From the NCBI GenBank assembly GCA_051362555.1, contig CM120642.1, forward strand, positions 30,008,001 through 30,072,000: a DNA stretch of 64,000 bases. The letters are read 5' to 3'. The notes beneath the pieces were generated by a model. That model worked only from the letters and a program-made list of their open reading frames with translations, ran no database searches and was not told where the DNA came from. Source of the DNA: Lingula anatina (taxonomy: Eukaryota; Animalia; Brachiopoda). This document shows, one piece after another, positions 28,116 through 41,307 of the stretch. Each line of letters begins with the position of its first letter. The first letter of the stretch is position 1. The translations under genes and the position numbers were made by a program.

Positions 28116-31100
28116 TAGGCTTCAAGGTGTAAAGCCCATCCTAACGACGTCATAGCGAAGCTGTCAGCAGTTCAAAGTTGCAGGCTCTGTTCGAGGTGCT
28201 TTGTTTTTATTAAATATAATCGCCAAAACACTTGCGCTCATTATTAAAACAGCAATGCTGCAAACACTGATCATGTATATCCCATGTATTGTACAATCTT
28301 GATATTGTTCATATCTTATAATAGAAAAGACATTTTAGAAATAACAGAAATCAAAGTGCACCCTACAGAAAGCTAACTGGAAAGCTACACAAAGATGAAG
28401 TTGAAAAGTTCAGCCTTGTTTAGCCTTGTTAATGGTGCGTTAGAGTTATGTAATTATATTGTTGACTTAGGATAGCTAAGAAAACTTTCAGAAATGAAGA
28501 GAAATATGCCGCAGTTTACAGTATTGCACCCATTTAAATGTAAGTGTTTATCATACGCCAAATTCTCAAAAATGTCTTTCACTTCATACTTGTCCAGATC
28601 ACAAACCTGTGTCTATAATCAATTACTTCTGTCCATTAATAAATCCTTTTAGTCAAATTAACATTATGTGAAGTATGGCCACCTGCACTTATCTACCAAA
28701 CGTCCGTGGTTCATTCAGTTTTGTTAGTCACAGTAAAACAATGCTGACATTTTCCAATCCATTTTCCGCGTTTTCTCTATATTGTTAACAATAATAAAAC
28801 AACAGCCATCGTGAAGTGAACTCCATTCCGTTTGTGTTTCCTCAATTTAGTATTAGTCCCATTGATTCTCAGACGTTGACGCACGTAAATAATAATGTAA
28901 ATAGATGGTAAGCCTTTTGGCGTTGTTGATTTCGCCATTGTAAAGCAGTCACTATAACAATCGTATCTCAAATATAAAGACCACCAGATATATGAAGACT
29001 GTTGGTGAACAAATACCACCGCCCATGAATTCTCGTTTATTGTTTTATGTCAACAACATTAACAGCTCCCATTTATTGTACATCCCTACACGTGTACAAC
29101 TGTACTAATAATATCGTACCGCCAGTCCTATTTAATAAAATAAACAAACAAAGCACTTCAATAAATAGATCGAAAAATAGAAATTTGTTAAGAAGCACTT
29201 CCTATATGATAATAGATAAACGATGAAACAAAAAACGATTATCATCTCCAAGAAAGGAAACCTATATTGGAACTCTTGAAGTCCGGTTACCATTGAAGGA
29301 AAGTAACAAACATGGAACGTCAAGAGCCTCTTTTTCTCTTCATGAGGTATAAACGCACTAAAAAACTCCTAAAATTGCTCACAGTTAAAGAGGGGCTGCT
29401 TTTGGAAGAGAGCTCTTACCTAGAATCTATTTTATTAAATCAGGCATGCATGTGCATCCAAAAGAAGAAGACCATTGATAGACATACAATGCGATCTCTA
29501 TTTAGCAAAACCAGATAAATTTCTTTTAAATTCCAGCATAAAATCAAACGCTGTTAAAAAACATGAGGTTAAACCTACTTTCAATGTTTTAGTGTTTATT
29601 TCTACCGTCACAACGATAAACCGAGAGTCTTCAGCACCCGTGACGAGAGTGACTCAAACATTAGAAACTTACAACTGAAAAACAGATTTATGGTTCATGC
29701 TTTTTTAACGGTTTTGGATTTTTAAAGGCTTAAGTGTTGATGTTTAGAAACAAATTGCTGCACAAAAGATTTACGCTCATTGTGCACCTTTAAGCAATTA
29801 CATGTCATATTGCTGGAGACATTAAATAACCATAATCTTTCAAATTTAAGAAAAAGGAGATTTCTGGGATAGGATAACTTGATTTCTGCTGCAGTAATAA
29901 AGGTCATGTTGTCTGTTTTCAGTGGTTTTTATCATGGTAGTCACAAACTGGATGGGAGCGTAGGACAATGAACGCAATAGCAAAAACAGACTGGATGTAT
30001 AAATAACGTTTGTGTCCTTCAGAAATCTTTGGTTTTACAGGAAATAATTAACCAAATTCGATTTGGTACCGTTATAATTGAATTCAACTTGAGTGATCTT
30101 TCTTACGACGCGTGAAACTCGTATCGTTTACTGTTATAATTGTGTTTTAGTAATTAACACTTCGATCGTCTGTCGTTGAATGTATATAAAGAAAGGAAAG
30201 CTACACTAATGAAACACATTAAGGTGAAGACAATATTTATGCTATTATTCAATTTCTACACAAACCGAGTTACACTATCTTAAGTGCATATTTTCATTGA
30301 TTGAAGATGCACTTCATTAATATACATCTATAAAACTTAAGAAATTTGGGTATTTTGTTCTAAAAGCTTAAGGAGTTAATACTTCTTTATCAAAACAGAA
30401 GTATCTTGATAATGTTCACCCATCTTTGCTGATCTGCAGTATTTATAGTATTACTTTTTATTAGGCCATTTGTGTAGATGGTGCCATGTATTGAGAATGT
30501 GAATTACCGTAAGTGGCACCATTTTGTTAATAAGATGATTTATTTCACATCAATCTGGATTTCAAGAATCTTCCTGGGAATAATTATCTGTTTTACATTG
30601 GACTGTTGACGTACACTCCTCTGTTGGCAGTTTGACTCCACTTGGTTTTTCATGGTACTCGCAGCGGTAGCCTACCATGCAAACCCACATACAGTGCAGG
30701 GTATCGCAGCTAGCCGTCCTGCGGCTTTTTCGGAAAACTTGCGTTCCCAGATGCAATTATATCAATTAAATGACAAGGCTGTCGTTCACTCGCAGATATA
30801 TCTGATTTCGCATATGGTCTTCCGGGAAATAACATGGCAGAATATTATTACAGATTTTTACGATTTACTTTTTTTTTTCGCAACTTCGTTATCTCAAAAA
30901 GCTGTCAAATGTGAACTAACTACAGATAATTTTCTAGGCAGCTGCCTCACAGATGACAAATACATCTGTTTTAACTATGATTACCACTCATAATAATAGT
31001 GTTAATACTGATTTTACTCATAGATAGTCAACGCAATTTGAACAATCGCTGCCTTCTTTTTCGAAAGTACATGTAGTACATTGTTCCTGGCCGAGGTTCA

Positions 31101-31200
31101 CCTAAATGTTGTCTCCGCGCTCGAAATGGCCAAATAACTATAGAGAACTTGTGAAAGGAAGTAAAACGTTCTGTCACATAATATTTCATGCTAGGACCTT

Positions 31201-31266
31201 TGCGACGACCCGATATGTCCGACAGGCCGGATATGTCCTAGCACCAGAGAACAGGCCATATCTGAG
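31201..31266. mobile_element. Fragment of the TGT...ACA element family at 35598
   Basis: TGCGACGACCCGATATGTCCGACAGGCCGGATATGTCCTAGCACCAGAGAACAGGCCA aligns to the reverse complement of the right end of 35598-35861. Confidence 0.65.
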
Positions 31267-32430
31267 GCTTACCTCTACAAATCAATGGAAACCGGTCTCT
31301 ACAGGTAAATGACACCGGACTAGTGGGGTTCGACCCAACAGCTTACGCGAGCATGGAGTTCACATACACACAGAGATTTCCCTTTCTTGTTGAAATTATT
31401 AAGATGTTCCGAAGAACTAACTCTGAGAGGTGCGTTAATAACTTGAAGTTCATCTCTCAACGTTTTACACTAAAGAGAAGATGTATTCTATAGCAAAATA
31501 AAAAAAACGGGAAAAAGTTCCAGCTAACCAATTTTGCGATACTGGGCTACTGCCTTAGTATTATACACCATTGCTCTTAACGTTTTTGAAGCCTCCTCAC
31601 TTTACACTGATCAATTCTGAAAAGCCACGCAGGTGCGTTATACCATGTGCTGTAACGTTATATGTATCTCATTAAATTTATCACTACTGCTCTGTCATAC
31701 ACGAAAGACATTGGGTGACGTTACGCATGGATCGTTTAACCAGCATGAATAATACAGAGAGAGAATAAGAAATTAGTTGGATCCTCCGGTTAGAACAGTA
31801 CAGGTGACAGTACTACATGTATATACAAGGATGCTTAACATGAATGTTCTTTTTTCTCAAACACAATCACGGTCAACACCAGTGGCCAACATCAAATGTA
31901 ATATTTATACAGCAGGCTTTTTTTTTTCTTTTTGCGGGCGCAATGGTGACAAAACTAAATGGCGCAGTTAACTCCAATTAATCTCATAGATATGCAGGTT
32001 TGTTTCCAATAATGTAACATTACAAGGTCATATCTTCATGTAATATTTTTCTTTTTTAACGAAATGTTAGCCCTCTGGAAACCTCTTAACCCCTATTGAC
32101 ATATTTCCTATCAGTTTTTTGCGTGTCTTATACCGAACACCAATGTACCTGATTATCCTATGGGGACATACGTGAAAAGAATACAGGAAAAGTCCATATA
32201 AAACATAAAAGGGTCTCGATGCAAAGGTTTGGAGGTTTAAAAAACGCCCTTTGCCGGAAAAGGTCGACACTTCATCATAATTTGATCTGGTGTAGGCTCT
32301 ATGTTATCTCCTAGATTGGGCCAACTAAAGGAGTAAAAAACTCCACTCTATAAATATTTTTTTAAAATCCCTCTTAAAATTGTTGGCTACATGACAAAAG
32401 CTACATCATCCTCTCATTCTTCTCCCCCAC

Positions 32431-32474
32431 CTCTCTCTCTCTCACACACACACACACGCGCGCGCGCGCGCGCA
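32431..32474. repeat. Compound (CT)n(CA)7(CG)8 microsatellite
   Basis: Read directly from the sequence. 32443-32474 is an uninterrupted alternating pyrimidine-purine tract. Confidence 0.9.
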
Positions 32475-34642
32475 GTACTAAGCATTTCAACTACCCCTGT
32501 AAAAGAAGAATTAGGGTACTTACCTTATCACTGCGTCATCTAGGCTCTGTCCGTTATCAACAATGAACCCTCAAATACACTGTTTTGATGTTTTAATGCT
32601 CCCTAGGACCTACGTATTGAGGTAATGGCATGTATTATACAAACGAAACTGATACCCCGCGTTCAATGGGCATGTGTGGGTTGATAAGTAATAATTGTTT
32701 ACCCTGTTGAACAGAAATATTATCATAGTACAATCTTACGGGATTTGTTTTCAATATTGCGTGCGCACTTGTGGTGCGGCGGATCGATCGCATTGTGCGT
32801 AAGTGGGCACTGCAGTAGTGAACCACTGGGCAATTTATATTGTCTCCAAGTTTGGTGGCACGCACTGAGACTTCTGCACCTCCACGGCGTTAGGTTTTCT
32901 TCCTCGAAATAGTCAGGCTCGTAAATGTACGTCAACAATACAAACGCATATATGACAACTTACAGTATCACACACCTTTAATTTAAAAAATATTCTATCT
33001 GAAAATAAGATGCTACCAGTTTACCCAATTTTACGCAAACCTCTATGAAAGCCAATACAGGAAGGGTTCGATCTCGTTTTGATGAGTTTGGATGTTTCTG
33101 GCAAATATAACATGTTCACATTAATAAGGTTACATGTACAGTAGGCTAAATCCCCAAATCCTGAACGAATATTTTTATCCCCATAAGTATTCACGCACGG
33201 AAAACTAAAAAGATATAAAAATGAGTGTTCTGATTTAGGCTGCTGGAAGAGCATGAAAACGACGAATGTGCTTGTACAATATTTTCATTAGCTCATATAA
33301 CCATTTTAAAGTATGCTTCTTTTCAGTTATCGTTATCACATCTTAACCATTGAAATCTGCGGTCGTTTTTCATATCCCGCCCTCCCATACATTTTAAAAC
33401 TATAAAGAACTTACCGTCAATGATGGAAAGAATGATACCGTAAAGGTAGAATAAAAATCTTCGCTAAAACCTAACGAAAACGACCCGTTGAGGTAAGTTT
33501 CCCCTATAATTTCACTACTGTGGTAGCCTCTCACGCTATTTTTTAATCACTTAAAATAATCCAGATAGCCTACGATGGGCTATCAACATCAATATTACCA
33601 CTTCTTTATTGCCTTTGGATGAGGTGCGCGACGTTGTTATTCAATAAGGAGGAGGTATAAGTGGCAGTAACACAGGCATTAAGAACGTTATTGGAGGCGT
33701 AAGGGTCGATATATATGAACACTTTTTCTTTTATTTTGCAATTACTTTATAGAAACGACTATCCAATTGCATTTTAAAGTTTTATCGCGGGTCACGTCTA
33801 AAACGCATCATGGGACGAGGGGATCAAAAAGTTTGGGCCGCACTGGGTTCGACCGCCCTCTCCACCCGGTGGTTTTTAAAAAGTTTCTTACGTTTCTCAA
33901 ATTTTAAATTATCAGCCTTTAGTCTCGTATTTTACCGGCTCGCCATTATACTTTTTAATGAAAAAATATGATAATGAAAATTTCGTATTAGAAAAGCGTT
34001 TAAGCTTTAAAAATGCCACAGAATGGATCTGTTCATTGCTCATTTATGGCTGTTTGTGCCATTGTTACACACAGCAGCTGTCTTTAATGTGAATGCGTTA
34101 ATCTATATCTATTGAAGACTGCGTGCAATTTTAGGGACGGTTCATTTAAGGATTACGTGGGAGGAAATCGAATTGATGATCTTCGTTAATTCGCGTGCAA
34201 AGAAGTCATTGACAAAATTATCTCAATCGTTTCTAATTATGCTTTTGTCCCTAAAAGTCGAATCAAACGCTTCGGTCATGGACACAACTATTCAACCGCG
34301 TTTCAAAGTTACACTGGTTCTCAACTCGACCGTGTTAGAAGACGAGCAGGTCAATTTGCTGGAAAGCAGAAAATTTGGGGATTCGCCGCATCTGCTGCCT
34401 ACGAAAAAAGTTTGGGGCATTTGCCTTAACAGTCCGATAAACAAGTGAAAGATTTTATTTACGTTGGAAAACTATTAACAAAGGTTTCTTAACAAAGGTT
34501 TCAAAAACATCCCATGTCTCTTTTCAGTCCAAAATCCAAAATGGTCGACAATACACAGGGGTAAATTATTAAAACAGGCGAATCATCAAAACAGGGTTAC
34601 TTACAAACTTGTAAAAGGTGTCATTTTTAATAAATAAACAAG

Positions 34643-34775
34643 CAGGTCAGTAGCCAATTTAAATAGGGAGTAGGTGATTTCCCTGAAAAAGTGGACCTTT
34701 TACCATGAAACCAATGCGTACTTTTTCCCGACTAAAATGGATGGGTTCGAACCCCCTCACCCTCGGCTAGGGGCT
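34643..34775. mobile_element. Decayed copy of the 16452 MITE family
   Basis: CAGGTCAGTAGCCA...CTGAAAAAGTGGACCTTTT...TTCGAACCC...CGGCTAGGGGC is colinear with 16452-16619. Confidence 0.6.
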
Positions 34776-35597
34776 TTAATTAAAATAGTTTGGAAGTCAC
34801 AAGAGGTCAAGTTCATATGCACATGTCGAGTTCACACTTTAAAAGGACCACGACGCTCTTAATACACAGTCAATTTTTATATGTTTTCACAAAATTTCCA
34901 TTTCTTTAATGACTTAGCATAACATAGAAAAAGTTCACCATTTGAATGCAATATTTAACTGACCACAGGTAAAATGGCGTACTCAAAGGTCAAATCTGCA
35001 TGGAAATAGATACAACACTGACACGAGGGATTTTCGAAAACGCGATTTGCAGTAACACCTTCCGAATGTATGGACCATACATTTGCTAGCCCAGCCAACA
35101 GATCTGAACTAACTCTGCCAAGCTCTGTCCGAAATGTTATTCCAGACCAAATCCAGACCAAACTCTGAGAAACCTGTCCTGAAGGAATGCCTCGCCGTTT
35201 GGGAGCCTTGATAGTAGCGAGATGTGGTCACAAGCACTACTGACCAGACATTGATATGACCGAGGTAGGTTTTGGAATTTCTATTAAAATGAAGAGTTTG
35301 CCATATGAAAGTTAAACTCTCATTGTCGAACCACAAAAGTAAGTCACAATAATTTAAACTAGTTCAATTAAATCCATAGTAAAATATTTAAAAAAACTAA
35401 TTGCTTTTTAACTTTCACACAGTCTAAAATTTTATTTTATTAACATCGGATTCATTCCATAGTTACATAGAAGTTCCACTACCTTTCCAATCTCTTGATC
35501 TTGCTAACTTTAGCAAAAAGTGTTGATTTTGCAGGTTAAATGGGTACAGGACACTTGCATCTAAAACGGTGTTTTGTTGCTATTCAAATAGGCGTGG

Positions 35598-35861
35598 TGT
35601 GACGGCCTGATATGTCCGACAGGCCAGATATGCCCTATGACCTCGGACACATCTGGCTCTTTTTTGTCGGACATATCTGGCCTGTCGGACACATCTGGCT
35701 CTTTTTTGTCGGACATATCTGGCTTGTCGGACACATTGGCTCTTTTTTTTTGTCGGAAATATCTGGCCTGTCGGACACATCTGGCTCTTTTTTGTCGGAC
35801 ATATCTGGCCTTCTCTGGTCGTAGGATATATCTGGCTTGTCGGACATATCCGGTAGTCACA
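35598..35861. mobile_element. Non-autonomous TIR element with TGT...ACA ends and internal tandem repeats (Ginger-like)
   Basis: TIRs of about 35 bp: TGTGACGGCCTGATATGTCCGACAGGCCAGATAT and ATATCTGGCTTGTCGGACATATCCGGTAGTCACA. Direct repeat CGTGG at 35593-35597 and 35862-35866. The interior is tandem TGTCGGACA(C/T)ATCTGGC units. Confidence 0.75.
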
Positions 35862-37321
35862 CGTGGCAAGAAAACAAATAGAACATAACTGTCTGTAGCG
35901 TGAGAGCATAGATATTCATTATTGACTGTACATAAACTGACGGCTCATTTAAGGATTACATTAATATAAGCTTGTTCGCGTGCCAAGAAGTTATCCAACA
36001 TAATTATCTTACCGTCCTCAATTATGCAGTTTAATTAAGTGTAATCAAACGTTTTAATCAAAACACACTTAATGTGGATTTGAAATAATAGTTTGACTCT
36101 AATAACTTGGTCTTCAGCTATCAATAACAATGAAATCAAATGTGGTATTTGCGTTCATTAGTCCTGTTTTGATTAAACGGTCTTTTGAAATGCAGTTATT
36201 TAGTTAGTGGCATCTCATTGTCCTATTTGACATGCAAAATTAATCATCTTCCTTAAACTCTTGGGCTCTAATGTTATTGAGCACGCGGTCACCCTTTAAA
36301 GGCATGTAATTATTATTTGACTCTCATGTGAATTAACGCGATTAATGTGATAATTACTGTCACAACACAATTGATATTTTTCAGAGAGTGCGTTGCATAG
36401 CATACCCGTCCTTCTCCAGGGTCTCCAGAACAGTGTATCACCGTCCAAACTGAACAACCACGGTTAGAATGCCCTCGACTTACGACAGTTCCAAGTTTTT
36501 TTTTTCTTTTTTTTCTTTCTTTTTTATTTTTTTAAGGCAAGTCGTTGAACGAATTTCCTAGGTCAGACCACAATGCCACGTTTACACCGGGTTGTGGCCC
36601 TGCAGCGTTTACGGCGATCATGAAATTTGGCAACTCTCACAAATCTCGGCCGATTTCTGCTTCAGTCACCTATGCGCGTTTTCAACAAACCAACAATTTA
36701 CAACCTTAATCCCGTTACGCAGGCCTACTCTCGTCACTAGGGTATGGCCTTGGAGGAGCAAGGTAGTAAAAATGTTTAAACCGTCTTTCTTTTTCTTCGG
36801 CACTCTACATCGGTTTTCAAATTTATGCCCAGACTTGCAACATACGGAGGACACCTTACGTCCATTGTGGTTTTATCCAATAGTCTTATTAGATGCAAAG
36901 GTACCACACAGACATGCACTTTATCAAATTATTGGAGACCGTTGATTTGCCAACCCTTTCCAAGTCCAAAATAGCGATAAGTAAACAACTGTTGGTTTGA
37001 GCAATATTCCATTTCTTAGAAATGCTCAGCCCAAGTATGTCAATTTTATTGTCCACCTTACTTCAGAAAGTACTACAGAAAGTGTTTTATTGTTTCAGTT
37101 ATACTTAAAATTTATAAGGTAAAAAGACAACATGAATTGGGAAACTTTTCACATACAATTAAAGGTAGCATCTACCCAGTGTATCACGGAGTGGAAAATA
37201 ACATCAGTTTCGTCATTACGGCTAAAACGCTGTACCAATACATTTCAGTTCCATTTCTCTTTTTTTTCAGAGACATGATAACTGAGAAATGAAAGTAGAA
37301 AGGCTGAAGGCACAACCATAG

Positions 37322-40300
37322 CTATAAGTATATCAACCCTTTGAAATTTGACTCTAAATCTAGACCGCAGCCCCTCGCTGCTGCAGAAGTGGGACTAAAA
37401 AAATTGTCTGACTTATTCTCTGCACTTCTTGTCCTTGATGGCAGCCTGTTCAGCGTCTTAAGCGCAACAACGCCCTTACAGGCAACAGTGCGATCTTGCC
37501 ACAACAGCGTGGGCCACACGTGAAATTTGATAACTCTGCTTCTCGACGAGCCCGAGTACACCTCGTGTCGGTGGTGATCGTAGGTGCAGTCATTCTGGTC
37601 CAAGATAAGCTGCTGGTGGTGGACCGCCAGCCGCCATGCCACGCTGGCACTTCGTTCTATATAGGCCGTCATCCGGGCCTCTCCCAACATGTCATCCACC
37701 CAGTGGTATTCTGATTTTGAAACCAATTTCATTTTCATTTGCTGCAAGAAGAAAAAGAAGAAAAAATGAAAAAATTTATAAAAATGACAAATTCATGAGT
37801 CCGACCTTTGTATTTCTTGAAATAATAATTTGAAAAGTCCGGGTTCGTTTGTTATTTGTGCATGTAAACAGATAAAAAATCAGTTAACTTGGCTGACAGA
37901 AAGATTTGATATTGTTAGATCTACAGAATGCTATCAAATCTCAATATCAGAACTACATGTATAACTAATAGGCCCCTATATTTAATTTTAATTCAAGCAG
38001 CATAAATAAAACGAAAAGATGTTGTTTCAATTACAACAAAAAAGTGAAATGTAAAGAAATGCATCGCAAACACATTTTGACCATCTACAACCTTTCACAA
38101 GATAGAAAATGGAAATCACCCAAACCACTTTCTCTTTCACCGTGCTATCTCAAAACATATGCGGTACCAGTAATCTAATGCGTTAGATGAGACGACTATC
38201 TCAACCTTTCGCAATCACAGACTGACAGAAGTGTGCACAACCACCGAACGTACCTTAATTATAGGAGCTACGTCGGTAGTGTCAGCGCTCTTAATGAGGA
38301 AGGACGAAATTATTTTGTTGGTTTTGTCACAAAGAACCGCATACTCTCGGCTATGGATCCCCTGAGGGTGTGGCGCTGTAGGAGTTGAGAATGAGCGTCG
38401 CCGTGTCATCCCTTTCTACAATGGAAAGTTGGCATTTAAAAAAACGGGGCCTACAATTAAAAAGCTGTATGATTTTATGCTTTTTCCTCATCATTATTAC
38501 CATTTTCAGGAATGAAGCCTTTTTTTTTTTTTTTTTTTTTTTTTTTGTAGGTTATCCTAGAGCAATTACCTTAAAAAATGTATCTTCTTTCTCCACGACA
38601 GAATTTTCGTCGCTGTCCTTGCACCGATCCGAGTCGTAGTCCAAGACGTCGGCACTTCCACTCAGTCTCTGATGACTTACTGTGAGGGACAATGCTGGCG
38701 GTGGTGTTGTGGTGTGTTCTGTTAGTGGATGACTTATCAGTCTGGGTACATTTTTCTTTAGGGTCGTCACTTTATTCTTACTGAATTCGTACGCAGTCTT
38801 AAAAAAGTAGACAAAATATTCTTGTCTTACTGTCTTGTAGAAGATTTTGTGTTACTTAAAGGGAGCGAATTATTTATGCAACATACAATTACTCCATTGA
38901 GACTCACAATTTCTATCTATCCTCAAGAATATATTCTACATTTAATCTCTATCATTTGACTTGGAACCACGTGACAAGTAAAAATTAGTTCACCTGAAGT
39001 AGGTCTTATGATAAGATCGAGTTCACCTGAAGTAGGCCTTATGATAAGATCGAGTTCACCTGAAGTAGGCCTTATGATAAGATCGAGTTCACCTGAAGTA
39101 GGCCTTATGATAAGATCGAAACGTCTCCGTTTGGCCGTATGACCCAGTTTTAGAATTATATTTACATTAGTTAGTATAATGCAACTGGATGAATAAAAAC
39201 TTTCCCTTTAACATTACCATTCGTGTATAAACAAACATGCTTTCCGTGAAAATCAAGGTAACGGAAAGTTCTGCTCACCATAACGACGTCGAGGAGAAAT
39301 TTGCACGCGGTCTCCTCTGCCACGCCCATGTCAGTAATAAGACTGAAAGCGTCTGTCCACTCGTTGTCATACAGCGTCCGGAGATCTTGAACAACTGCCG
39401 AGGGGCGATTTTTATCCGTAACGTCTTCAATGTCACTAAATGTCTGCCTATCCGACAAAACCTTCGACAATCTGAAATATTCAAGTTCCCATTGTTTTTT
39501 GGCGTGTCTACATTTCATGCAATCACTGTAGCTCCCTATGCTGCCAAAGTTATGGAGGGACGTACAAAACGTCCTTTTTGACTTTTTGTGATAAACATAA
39601 ATCAATTTGTAAAACTGAAATATAAGGCACTTGACCCATAATAAAAAACATTCTGTATCCTGTTTTAAGGTGTTATTTTATATACAAATTGTAAGTAGAA
39701 ACAGTTTTGTCAGTGTGCACGTCTTATCTGTCTGTCTTTCCGTCTAATAAACCCTCGACCCTTCTACCCTCTGAAAATTAAAGGGCCAAAGATTTTCTCT
39801 GCTGGGAGTAGAGAATTGTGCCATGAATTAACCAGAGACATATCTGTGAATATCTATCGAAAAAAAAAGAACGACAAACTGTGACCCCGGTAGTAAGTAC
39901 CCGCCCCCCCCCCCGCCCCCCCCTCTCTGCGTCGGTCTGTATGAATATGGCTACGCACCTTGCTCTGAGGACTTGGTCCTGGTCATTAAGACTCAAAATA
40001 TTCGCCTTCAGATTGTAGATGGCCTGTTGCAGAGCTGCAATCACCCCCTCGTTACTGTTCACGTTCTCCAGGCAGCTGGGAGTCACGCCATAACACTCGG
40101 GGCGCATTTTCATATCGGCATGAAGACGCTCCAAACAGGAGACGTTCTCTTGCAAGCCGGCCAGTTCTCGGTCTTTCAGCTTGAAAAAAAAGATCTATTT
40201 TAACGAGTTTTTTTTTTTTTTTTTTTTTTTTGCATTTCTTTGATAGAAGGCAGACAGAGCGACACGAGAAAAATAATACGTAATGATAAAAGTTAAACAA

Positions 40301-41307
40301 TGTATTGTGGTCTTAAAAAAGGAATCAAGGATCTAATTAATGTGGGTTTAATTGAAAACTCATGTTGAGAAGCGTGTGCCTACGTTTTATCTGTTTTGTC
40401 TCTTCTCTTTTTTCTTTTCTTTCTTTTTTTTTATTTTTTTTATTTTATTGTTCTTAATCACCTCCAGTTCATTCTTAAGCTGATCACATTTGTTTTTCCA
40501 TCCTTCTAACTGTCGCAGCATATCAGCTACATGAAAAAGAAAAATCTGAGTTTCACTTCTGTTACATAAAAAATTCCATTCATACACATTATTGGTTGCC
40601 CTGCATCCGTCAGTGATGTATCAGCTAAACTGATAATTCATGTTATCGATGAAGTCAATGCTGATATACTATGAATGAAAACAATGCAAAATAAATGCAA
40701 TCTATGCACGAGTGTTTGGGTATGAAAGTAATTCAAGTGAAAAATAGATTTGACGGATCACTGACCGGAGAAGCTTATCGAATTATAAACATCTACCCAC
40801 CCACCCCCCCCCCCCCCACCCCCACCCACCCCGCAGGATGAAACTCAATACAAATTACCTTTGTAGCTAAACATAAATTTTATACGAGATGTGCTGCTGG
40901 TTGAAAACAAAGCCTGGGATGAATTGGTCACGTGCCCTTTTAAACCTCAATTACTTTTTTTCACACATGAAATTTCCCTACACCAAGGACGCGATAGCCG
41001 GTCACTGTCCTGATATGCCGACAAGTGATGTCACGTGCCAAAGTTCTATGGCAAAATCCTGGATCTAGTGTTAAAGTGGTAAAAAATTGAGTGTTAAAAG
41101 AGACCTAACCAGTTACTTACCTTCTCTGGCCATTACGTCATCAATCACTTTGCAAAACTCCATTTCTCCGCGTTCGTGGAGTTGACTTCGAAGAGAGTCC
41201 AGCCCATTCTTCTCCAATGATATAAGCGACCGCGACATCTGCCTGTGCGTATACATTTGCAAAGACGTTCTAAAGGGCAGATGCGACGGACAGTACATGG
41301 TATACAT
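37322..41307 (-). CDS. Mitochondria-eating protein (Mieap/SPATA18)-like protein with coiled coil and MIEAP C-terminal domain, about 491 aa
   Basis: Minus-strand exons 41307-41121, 40526-40462, 40179-39959, 39471-39279, 38797-38570, 38415-38254 and 37741-37322 (1476 nt, phases 1,0,2,0,0,0, all GT-AG). Diagnostic segments: RLSKVLSDRQTFSDIEDVTDKNRPSAVVQDLRTLYDNEWTDAF and YIERSASVAWRLAVHHQQLIL...YDHHRH...IKFHVWPTLLWQDRTVACKGVV. The coiled coil lies in exons 2-3. The start codon is uncertain. Confidence 0.85.
38987..39118. repeat. Minisatellite, 4 x 33 bp (intronic)
   Basis: Unit AGTTCACCTGAAGTAGG(T/C)CTTATGATAAGATCG starts at 38987, 39020, 39053 and 39086. Confidence 0.97.
39767..39897. mobile_element. 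TA-flanked MITE family copy (degenerate)
   Basis: TA|CCCTCT...AGGGCCAAAGATT...CCATGAATTAACCAGAGACATATCTGTGAATATCT...TGTGACCCCGGTAGTAAG|TA is colinear with 57301-57432. Confidence 0.65.

Noticed and set aside
33835-33870. B-box-like GGTTCGA motifs suggesting a tRNA or SINE (also at about 31327)
   Set aside because: No properly spaced A-box, cloverleaf or tail could be built.
35561-35909. Overlapping repetitive ORFs in five frames (for example SDKKEPDVSDRPDM)
   Set aside because: These are by-products of a stop-poor tandem repeat inside a TIR element.
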